The translations under genes were made by a program, and so were the position numbers. Below the pieces are notes generated by a model. That model did not search any database. It was not told the DNA's origin and saw only the letters and a program-made list of their open reading frames with translations. Shown here piece after piece: positions 18,316 through 25,307 of a stretch of 64,000 nt of DNA (the stretch's first letter is position 1; every line of letters begins with the position of its first letter). The DNA comes from Pirellulales bacterium (GTDB taxonomy: Bacteria; Planctomycetota; Planctomycetia; Pirellulales; JALHPA01): NCBI GenBank assembly GCA_963829655.1, contig CAWHJG010000002.1, forward strand, positions 5,536,594-5,600,593, written 5' to 3'.

Positions 18316-19230
18316 TCAATCCCAGCGCATGTCCCGCCATGCGCTAGCCGGCGCACTGTCGATTCGCTTTTGCACTTCGTCCCGCTGCGCTTGCAGGCCC
18401 TGAATCCTCTCTTTAAGCGCGTCGATGTGCGCCAGGTGGCCGCGGAGGGTGCTAACGTCGTCGGCCGTTCCGTAGTACGAAGCCGGATTGGCGATCGCGG
18501 CCCGAGCCAGGGCAACGATGTCGCCGGCTGACGGAACGTTGATCTGGGCGCGGTTGTACTTGAATTCAAGATCCCACATTGCTTTGTCGAGCCCATCGGG
18601 GCCATGACCCGCCATCGTCAGTGCGTCGTCGATCTCCTTTGCCTCGGCCGCCAATTCAGCAAGCCGGGCATGGTAGGACCGGCCTGCCGTCTGATGCAGA
18701 TACTGCTGAGCATTCATCACCTTCATCCGCGGCAATCCAGTGCTGTGGTGGTAAGGGTGCTCGTTCTCTCGGCGTCTTACATCGGCCAGCGCCGCCTGTA
18801 GTGGTCGCAGCCTTTCAGAGGCCGCGGACTCCTCGCGCTGCCGGATTGTCGCAATCTCCGATTTGAGTGCATCGCTGGGCGCAACGCGCTCGGCTTCTCG
18901 AAGCGCAGCGATGGCCGGCTCGATCTCACGCACCGTCCGAATCTGCGCCTCAAGTGCGTTGGCCTCGCCGGTCATGCCGATCAGCTCGCGTTGCGCCTGC
19001 GGCCAACCCTCAACGGTCTCTTGCGACTGGCGACGCTCCCGGGCCAGCTTCAGGTGCCGTTCGTAGTCAGACCTGGTCTTTTCCGCGGCGACCATGCGCG
19101 AGCGAATTTCCATATCGCTGAACTCTTCGCCGGCCGCCGAGCGAATGATCATGTCGCAGTATTCTGCGAGCGATTCACCCAGCGGCTTGAGGCCCATTCG
19201 TGGTTCTTCTTGAAGTGTGGCGGTGGCCAT
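18316..19230 (-). CDS. hypothetical alpha-helical/coiled-coil protein
   Basis: ATG at 19230 (MATATLQEEP) with AAGGAAA upstream. Long helical heptad-like stretches. It does not look like an HK97-fold capsid protein. Confidence 0.5.
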   Translation of the reverse strand: MATATLQEEPRMGLKPLGESLAEYCDMIIRSAAGEEFSDMEIRSRMVAAEKTRSDYERHLKLARERRQSQETVEGWPQAQRELIGMTGEANALEAQIRTVREIEPAIAALREAERVAPSDALKSEIATIRQREESAASERLRPLQAALADVRRRENEHPYHHSTGLPRMKVMNAQQYLHQTAGRSYHARLAELAAEAKEIDDALTMAGHGPDGLDKAMWDLEFKYNRAQINVPSAGDIVALARAAIANPASYYGTADDVSTLRGHLAHIDALKERIQGLQAQRDEVQKRIDSAPASAWRDMRWD

Positions 19231-19279
19231 CGTGATTTCCTTTTTTGGTAAACGGTGAAACAAAAGGCGAGTGCAATGA

Positions 19280-20301
19280 TCAGCGGTAACAACCGATGGC
19301 TCGGGCCAGGCCCTTCGAGTCGGCCGGCAACTTCAGGTCGTCGTTGTCATGGCGGTCGCGCCGCGACTCGGTGAACGCGATCGGACGCTTGCGGGCCGGG
19401 GCGCGGCGACGGGCCAGTTTGGCCCGCAGGTCGCCCTCACCGTACAAACGCTGGCGTGTTGACTCGGTGATCGGCTCGTCGTCGTTGCCTCGCAGGTCGC
19501 CGGCGTCCTCGATTGCGTCGGTCGCTTCCTCTTCGGCGGCCAACAGCTTTTCGAGACGCTGCAATTTTTCGCGCTTGGTGAGCGACTGGTCCTGGACGAT
19601 GCGATCGATCGCCTCGCGGAAAGCTTCGTTTGCCTTGTCGCGCACGTTCGATCGTGGTCGGAAGGCGCGGCTCGTCCTCGTCCTCATCGCCCGACTCGAT
19701 GAGCAGCTCCAGCTCGTCCATGGAGCGATTCGGGCTGCGAAGCTCGGCCGCTACGCACTGCGCCGGAGGGCATGCGGAACGGCCGACGCTCTTGCGTCGA
19801 TTCAAACAGGCTGCTGGACGTTGCCGGGTTCAAAACCAAATCAACGCTCTTCACGCGCTCGATCGACTCGACAATTTCCTTTCCGCCTTGCCTGCGCGTT
19901 ATGGCGTTCGCGTGGTGCGACAGGCCCATCTTGCGTGGGAAGCGCTCGACCTGTTCCAGCACGCTTTCGGCGAGCACGTGGCTCTTGATGTAATGCAGGT
20001 CACCGCGGAGCCCATCGTCGGCCAGGTACACGTCGCGCAGCTCCCCGAAACGGTCAGTCATTGGCCGCTGGCCGTTGGGGTCGCGCTTGGTCGGGTGGTC
20101 GATGTAAACTGTCGCCGCTTCGTAGAGCGGCACGGCGTTGCGAATGGCATCGCGAGTGTACTGCCGACCCTTGCTCGGGGCCTCAAAGCCGAGGATCTTC
20201 ACGTCGCGAATGATCCCAGCGCCGCGGTCCACGCGACCACCGCCGGCGGCTCGCTCCTGCAGCTCCACGCGGCAGCTTGATCTGGTCAAGGTCATGCTCA
20301 T
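19280..20301 (-). pseudogene. phage head-maturation protease/scaffold-like protein; two frame changes
   Basis: GAGIIRDVKILGFEAPSKGRQYTRDAIRNAVPLYEAATVYIDHP...GLRGDLHY...VKSVDLVLNPATSSSLFES resembles prohead protease (S78/U35-like) layouts from memory. The acidic segment AAELRSPNRSMDELELLIESGDEDEDEP and the tail DKANEAFREAIDRIVQDQ... lie in two other frames, with switches at ~19790 and ~19650. Confidence 0.4.
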
Positions 20302-20361
20302 TTTTCGATTCCCTTCGGTTGTGAATGCCGCGCTCCGCGCGGCGAAAGAACTACTGGTTTG

Positions 20362-20380
20362 ATTTACACTCTTTGTAAAT
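20362..20380. promoter_or_regulatory. AT-rich perfect inverted repeat upstream of the protease/scaffold-like gene
   Basis: ATTTACA-ctctt-TGTAAAT in an otherwise GC-rich tract. A GCCGCGC-tcc-GCGCGGC hairpin follows at 20327..20343. Confidence 0.3.
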
Positions 20381-20427
20381 AGCTCGTGCCTTTGACTTTC
20401 CGCCAACTGCCGCCGCCTCGTGCACAA

Positions 20428-20616
20428 TCACTTGCCCACGGCCGGTGGACCGCGGCTCCCGGTCGCCGGCTTCTCCTGGCCGCTGCTCTCGCGCAGTTGG
20501 GTGCATCGGACGTTGTAGGTCCGAAGGATGGTTTTCAACGCGGGGCGCAACACGATGGGGGCCGGCGGTCTGCCGACGTGGTCGGGGACTTCGAGAGTCA
20601 GGTCGTATCGGCTCAT
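20428..20616 (-). CDS. hypothetical small protein
   Basis: 62-aa ORF. GGAGGT lies 5 nt upstream of the ATG at 20616. Confidence 0.4.
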   Translation of the reverse strand: MSRYDLTLEVPDHVGRPPAPIVLRPALKTILRTYNVRCTQLRESSGQEKPATGSRGPPAVGK

Positions 20617-20635
20617 GCGTTACCTCCGGGTCGTC

Positions 20636-20742
20636 GGACCGTTGGAACGTACGGGGGCCCCTATAAGGGCCCCCCCGTCCAACGGTGCAACGGTCGTTGG
20701 ACCGATACCGTGCGCACGCTCCCGTCCAACGGTGCAACGGTC
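20636..20742. other. iteron-like repeat cluster plus GC hairpin (candidate replication origin or packaging site)
   Basis: 22-bp direct repeat CCCGTCCAACGGTGCAACGGTC at 20674..20695 and 20721..20742. Inverted partial copies (CCGTTGGA / CGTTGGAC) at 20638..20645 and 20695..20702. Hairpin GGGGGCCC-ctataa-GGGCCCCC at ~20653..20674. The cluster lies immediately downstream of the helicase gene. Confidence 0.45.
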
Positions 20743-20744
20743 TC

Positions 20745-22361
20745 TCATTGGTCACCTTCCGCTCGCTTAAAGCCGCGACGTGGTGTCTTGCGGTCTGACT
20801 TGTGAACGCCGCATTCCTCGACCAGGCCTTGCCGCATAAGGTCGAACAGGATCGCGCGGGCCTTGTCCTCACCGACCCCGGCCGCACAGCGGATATTGCG
20901 CAGCGTTTCGCCGGCGGGGAACTGCTGCAAAGCTCGAAGCACCTTCTCAACGTCAGCCTGTCCCGAATCCAAGTCACGCCGCTTGCGTTCGGACTGTCGC
21001 AGCTCCTTCTCTACCGCCCTTACTTCGCTGCTGGGAATCACGCGCACGTTCCATTGCCGGCCTTGTGCGGCGTTGTTGGCCCCTTCGTCGATATCGAGCC
21101 CCCACAGCGAGCTGTGGCCCGCGGAACCTCCGCTTCGCAGCCAAAGCTCGTGCCGGCCTGTGCCCTCTTCGTATGCCTTGCGGCGATTGACGAGTAGCCA
21201 TTGCCGCGCAAATTCCGACCAGCCGCTGTACGCCAATTCCTCCAGCTCCAACGGATCGAACCGACCTTCGAGTCGTCCCTTCTTGGTGTGATGGGCCACA
21301 ATCAAGAGCACGCCCTCAGCGCGACACATGGCGGCCAACGGTGATAGTGCCTCTCCCATCGCGAAAATGTTTCCAGCACGATCGCTCATTCCGTCAAACG
21401 CCAAGTAAGCAGGATCTACGATCAGACAGCCGAGCGACCGCTGCCGCGCGAGCTTCGCCATGGCGTCAAGTGATTCAGCGCGGTTCACCTTCGGCACGAG
21501 CGGCACGACGGTAAACCCATTTAGGCTCGACAGGTCGCAACCGGCAGTCGCGGCGATGCGCTTCGCTGTCTCCGCCAACGTCGCCATGCCTGACTCACCG
21601 CTGAAGATGGCGACGTTTTTCGGCTCAGCAACTCGGAACCGACCGAGAAAGTAACCGCCGCTTGCAAGGCTGATCGCCAGGTCAAGGAGAAGCGAAGTCT
21701 TCAGAGACTTATGCGGGCCGCCGACGATCGTCGGCTGTCCATCGACAACCAATCCGTCGATCGCGTACCGAAGTTCAAACTGGCCCTCAGCGAGATCGGC
21801 GCCGCTGTACTGCTCGAAGCTGATTGCCGTCCCAGCTTCCTCCTTCGCGACCGATGCAATGGTTTGCGCATGGCGAACCAGGTCGGCGGTGGTCGCGCCA
21901 TTCCGGGCATGCTTGATGCCGTCGATCGACCAAAGCAAATGCCGGCGGCGAACGGCTGTGTCGTGAACGTCGCGCGCGTAGTGTGCAGTATGCGCGGCGA
22001 CCGGGTGCTCGTTCGTAATCTCGGCGAGAATCGCCTTCCAGTTCATCGCCGGGAATTTCGCTTCAAGGCGGGGCGCGAGAAGTAGCGCGTCGATGGGCTT
22101 ACCGTCTCGACGCAGATCGGACATGCTCGTAAAAATCCGGCGGTTGTCCTCATTCCAAAAATCCTCTGGCGCTACCTTTAGTGCGTCGAATTCCTCAGTC
22201 GCCAGTTTGATCATCAATCCCCCGAGCAGCGCACGTTCGGCCTGCTGGTTGTTTGGCGGATCAGCCTCTAACAGCTTGTCGAGCGGGTCGGGCGCCGGTT
22301 TTGTCTTGCGCGTTGTGTGGCCGTTCCGTGGCGTCGTGCTTGCATCCATGCGGGTGCTCAT
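20745..22361 (-). CDS. replicative helicase-like protein (DnaB N-terminal-like domain, RepA/AAA_25 RecA-type ATPase, C-terminal winged helix)
   Basis: QQAERALLGGLMIKL... is DnaB-N-like. P-loop region IVGGPHKSLKTSLLLDLAISLASGG. LIVDPAYLAF and LLIVAHHTKKG are Walker-B/sensor-like. ATG at 22361 overlaps the excisionase stop as ATGA. Confidence 0.8.
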   Translation of the reverse strand: MSTRMDASTTPRNGHTTRKTKPAPDPLDKLLEADPPNNQQAERALLGGLMIKLATEEFDALKVAPEDFWNEDNRRIFTSMSDLRRDGKPIDALLLAPRLEAKFPAMNWKAILAEITNEHPVAAHTAHYARDVHDTAVRRRHLLWSIDGIKHARNGATTADLVRHAQTIASVAKEEAGTAISFEQYSGADLAEGQFELRYAIDGLVVDGQPTIVGGPHKSLKTSLLLDLAISLASGGYFLGRFRVAEPKNVAIFSGESGMATLAETAKRIAATAGCDLSSLNGFTVVPLVPKVNRAESLDAMAKLARQRSLGCLIVDPAYLAFDGMSDRAGNIFAMGEALSPLAAMCRAEGVLLIVAHHTKKGRLEGRFDPLELEELAYSGWSEFARQWLLVNRRKAYEEGTGRHELWLRSGGSAGHSSLWGLDIDEGANNAAQGRQWNVRVIPSSEVRAVEKELRQSERKRRDLDSGQADVEKVLRALQQFPAGETLRNIRCAAGVGEDKARAILFDLMRQGLVEECGVHKSDRKTPRRGFKRAEGDQ

Positions 22362-22627
22362 CGTGCTAGTTGCCCCCGTTCCCAAGTTGCGGGGCATCCT
22401 TCTTCAATCCACTCACGCAGCTCGTCGGCGCAAAAGCGCACAAGCCCGCCAATGCGGAGCTTCGTGAGCGGAAACTCCCCCCGCGCAATGAGTCGATCAA
22501 GAGAGCGTCTGCTGATGTCGATCGCCTTCGCCGTTTTTGTCGGCGACAACAGTTGGCGGCCGTCATCGACGCGCGGACCTGGAGCGGTCGGCTCCACCTG
22601 GTCCGTAGGCGTGGCAATGCAGATCAT
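22358..22627 (-). CDS. excisionase/AlpA-type HTH DNA-binding protein
   Basis: LLSPTKTAKAIDISRRSLDRLIARGEFPLTKLRIGGLVRFCADELREWIE is the classic excisionase-family HTH pattern. Confidence 0.7.
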   Translation of the reverse strand: MICIATPTDQVEPTAPGPRVDDGRQLLSPTKTAKAIDISRRSLDRLIARGEFPLTKLRIGGLVRFCADELREWIEEGCPATWERGQLAR

Positions 22628-22638
22628 GGCGCGGCCCT

Positions 22639-22863
22639 TTACGCTGAGGCCGCGACAGGATGAGCGACGTGACCGTTGCGGCCGGCCCTGGCTGCCAGGT
22701 AGGCCACGAACTGATCGACGTGGGTTTCGGTGTAGATGCGATTACCGACCCCGTCGTAGCGGGGCTCGTCGATGTGGCAACAGTCGATCGCATGCTGCAC
22801 GGTGTACGGCCTCACGTTGTGGCCGCGGGCCTTCAGCTCTGAGAGAAATTCTCGTCTGGTCAC
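22639..22863 (-). CDS. hypothetical small protein (GTG start)
   Basis: GGAGGT-ccacc-GTG at 22863. VTRREFLSELKARGHNVRPYTVQHAIDCCHIDEPRYDGVGNRIYTETHVDQFVAYL. The upstream part of the track ORF looks non-coding. Confidence 0.4.
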   Translation of the reverse strand: MTRREFLSELKARGHNVRPYTVQHAIDCCHIDEPRYDGVGNRIYTETHVDQFVAYLAARAGRNGHVAHPVAASA

Positions 22864-23183
22864 GGTGGACCTCCACGGTTGTAAACGGCCTGCGCGGAGC
22901 AAAGCGCCGGGGCTGACCGTCGATGAACTCGAAACCACTGTTGCAATCGCCACGTCGCGCCGCTGCTCTCCCTCAAGAGCGAGACGAGTTGCTTGACGAT
23001 TGTTGCCGCCGTCTGGCGGCCATTCGTTTTTCTCCGTACTACGGTGCCGCCTGGGCAATCTCCGTGCTACGTGGGCTGTCAGAAAGCCCGTCTTCAGTGG
23101 TCTCGATGCCGTGGATCGGCCGTGGGGCGGGTATCTCCTGGTTGCTTACAACAACCACACCGCCAACGAGAATAAGAAGTAAT

Positions 23184-23546
23184 TTAGAAATGCGACGCCG
23201 CTTGGTCAATGCTGCCGCGCGCAGTTTTTTGTCGCGCCATGCGAATCAGTCCGCCGACACCTTCACAGTCTCGTCGGACTCGAGCGCCGCGCAGCGGCAG
23301 CGGCTCGTCGGACGGCGGCGGCCCGATCAGGTCGATGAGACCTTGCACGCCGAGCGACCCGATCGTGGGACTGCCGCCGTCACTGAGCAGCGGCGCCAGT
23401 GGGTCGATCTCGAAGCCCGACGGCTCAATCATGGCCAGGAGCTGCCGCCGCTTGGCGTCAGTCAGGCTCGGCCAAGCTCGGACAATCAAAGACAGGTCGG
23501 CGTCGCCCGGTTCGTTTGTGCAAGCCGTAGTACGACTTTCCGGCAA
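23184..23546 (-). CDS. hypothetical protein (first gene inside the right element end)
   Basis: 120-aa ORF. DLSLIVRAWPSLTDAKRRQLLAMIE motif. No family recognised. Confidence 0.45.
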   Translation of the reverse strand: MPESRTTACTNEPGDADLSLIVRAWPSLTDAKRRQLLAMIEPSGFEIDPLAPLLSDGGSPTIGSLGVQGLIDLIGPPPSDEPLPLRGARVRRDCEGVGGLIRMARQKTARGSIDQAASHF

Positions 23547-23644
23547 CTCGTCAAAAAACCGGACCGAACGGGCGGTTCCTTCGCAATATGGGATGAATGC
23601 AGAATTCTAGGAACGCAGCGAAAGAACTGTCAAACCCGTCGCAG

Positions 23645-24196
23645 ATGAGTCACGATGATCCCATGGTGATAATCGAAACGCCGCGCCTGCTTCTTCGAAC
23701 TTGGACCATCGACAACGCGCCACACGCATTGGCAATCTGGGGAGACCACAACGTCATGAAGTTCATCGACTCAGGCCAAACTCTTGCCGACCTCAATGCG
23801 GCGCGCCAAGCAGTGGCCCGCGCCATCGAATCATACGAGAACCGCGGCCTCTGTCTTTGGCCCGTAGTTGAAAAAGCAAGCGATCGCTTGACTGGTTGTT
23901 GTGGGTTTCACGCATTCGACGGCGGTCCCGACCTCGAACTTGGGTTTTACTTAGCACGCTGCGATTGGGGAAAAGGTTATGCCACCGAAGCCGCCCGCGC
24001 CTGCGTTGAATACGCGTTCCACACGCTCGCCGCCGATCGAATCGTGGCCAGCACATATCCGGACAATACCGCATCGATCCGCGTTCTGGAAAAAACAGGC
24101 TTCTCGCTGGTTGGCACAAAGCGATATGGCGAGATCAACGAGCTCTTCTACGAGCTAGCTCCATCAATTGCAACGTCCGCCGGCCCCGCCGCTTGA
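23645..24196 (+). CDS. GNAT-family N-acetyltransferase (RimJ/RimL-like)
   Basis: ETPRLLLRTWTIDNA... N-terminus. Acetyl-CoA site region WGKGYATEAARACVEYAF. ASIRVLEKTGF. Confidence 0.85.
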   Translation: MSHDDPMVIIETPRLLLRTWTIDNAPHALAIWGDHNVMKFIDSGQTLADLNAARQAVARAIESYENRGLCLWPVVEKASDRLTGCCGFHAFDGGPDLELGFYLARCDWGKGYATEAARACVEYAFHTLAADRIVASTYPDNTASIRVLEKTGFSLVGTKRYGEINELFYELAPSIATSAGPAA

Positions 24197-24232
24197 CACG
24201 CGCACCCCTCAAAGCAACCATGACAGGGCAAT

Positions 24233-24313
24233 TTCAAAAGGGGACTGGCTCCGAGCCTGACGCCATTCGATTCGCTGGGTGACCCCGCCGCGAGGTGCCT
24301 GTCCCCTTTTGAA
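24233..24313. repeat. 13-bp inverted repeat pair (REP/MITE-like or structured RNA)
   Basis: TTCAAAAGGGGAC (24233..24245) and GTCCCCTTTTGAA (24301..24313) separated by 55 nt. AAAGGGGAC recurs at 37321..37329. Confidence 0.6.
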
Positions 24314-24355
24314 CCCTTCGTATCCGTCATGGCCAATGACCTTGGAGTCGCCGCA

Positions 24356-25138
24356 ATGAATCCACGCAGCCGTCGCCGCCTCCCACTAATTCTAATTGCA
24401 TTGACCGCACTCGCCGTGACCGGTGCAAAACTCGCCGTCGAAGCCCCGGCGCCCCCCAAGGTCTCCGAATTCGCTTCCGCCGAAGACCTGCTCAGTCAGT
24501 TCAACTACTTCAACGGCCGCCTTAAGGAAACGGTCGGAGCCGAAGCCGACTACGACGAAGCCAAACAAACTCGCATCATTCGCGACGCCAATACACTCGC
24601 CGTCCTGGCCCAGCATCTCGGCATGCACGACTCCGATAACCCAATCAAAAAATCCGCCGCCGGCATCATCAAGGCCGCGCAAGCCATGACCAAGGCCACC
24701 GACCACAAAACCGCCGCCGCCGCTTATGCCGACTTGGAAAAAGCTGCCGCCGGCAATGGTTCCTCCGACGAGCTGAAATGGGGCAAGGTTGCGGGCCAAG
24801 GCCAGCTTATGAAGCAAGTCAATGTGATCAACCCAGCCCTCAAGCGCGGCCTGCAACCTGCGCACATCAAATCGCAGGCAAAAACCACCGCCGGCCAAAC
24901 CGCCACACTCGCCGCAATCGCCAATACTTTGTTGTTCGACACGCACGAGGTGAAGAACGAGGCGGACCTTCCCAGTTGGTACGAATACTCGATCGAGTTT
25001 CGCGACGCGGCTCATGGGCTGAACACGGCAATCAAGAGCGGCGAAACCGCGAAAGTCAGCTCGGCCTTGTCGCGGATGAACCGAAGCTGCGACACCTGTC
25101 ACAAAAAGTTCCAGCAGTCGCAGCTCACCGTGCCGTAG
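24356..25138 (+). CDS. secreted helical c-type cytochrome-like protein (class II / cytochrome c'-like C-terminal CxxCH)
   Basis: Signal peptide MNPRSRRRLPLILIALTALAVTGA. Ala/Lys-rich helical body. Single heme motif CDTCH near the C-terminus. Confidence 0.5.
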   Translation: MNPRSRRRLPLILIALTALAVTGAKLAVEAPAPPKVSEFASAEDLLSQFNYFNGRLKETVGAEADYDEAKQTRIIRDANTLAVLAQHLGMHDSDNPIKKSAAGIIKAAQAMTKATDHKTAAAAYADLEKAAAGNGSSDELKWGKVAGQGQLMKQVNVINPALKRGLQPAHIKSQAKTTAGQTATLAAIANTLLFDTHEVKNEADLPSWYEYSIEFRDAAHGLNTAIKSGETAKVSSALSRMNRSCDTCHKKFQQSQLTVP

Positions 25139-25307
25139 GCTGCGCGTCGGATCAGCCGCGTGATGCCTACGACTCGCGCAGCTTCAATGTCCCGCCGCGC
25201 CGCGCTCAATCCGTTTGCCTTTTGTAAACGGCGCGAGGTGAATCATTTCCCGCAAAAACACCCCCGGCGCACGGCCCATTTCAGCGTCCAAACCGCGTGC
25301 GAGTGCT

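Larger units (their letters stand above)
6845..23606. mobile_element. integrative phage-like element (~16.75 kb): decayed prophage or satellite-like element
   Basis: ATGCAGAATT occurs at 6845..6854 and 23597..23606 in direct orientation, exactly at the transitions from housekeeping genes to mobile genes. Integrase sits at the left end. The interior holds an excisionase, replicative helicase, iterons, XRE switch, protease/scaffold-like gene and TMP-like gene. Confidence 0.55.

Noticed and set aside
18316-19230. The gene downstream of the protease/scaffold as the major capsid protein.
   Set aside because: The sequence is almost entirely coiled-coil/helical with charged heptads. It lacks the mixed alpha/beta, Gly-rich character of HK97-fold capsid proteins. 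Only structure prediction could overturn this.
20674-20742. Direct repeats considered as a mini CRISPR array.
   Set aside because: There are only two copies of 22 bp. The spacer contains inverted copies of the same core. No cas genes are present. An iteron/ori interpretation fits better.
24392-25102. 236-aa minus-strand Gly/Val-rich ORF.
   Set aside because: It is antisense to the Ala/Lys-rich cytochrome-like gene, which has a signal peptide and a CxxCH motif. It is a shadow ORF.
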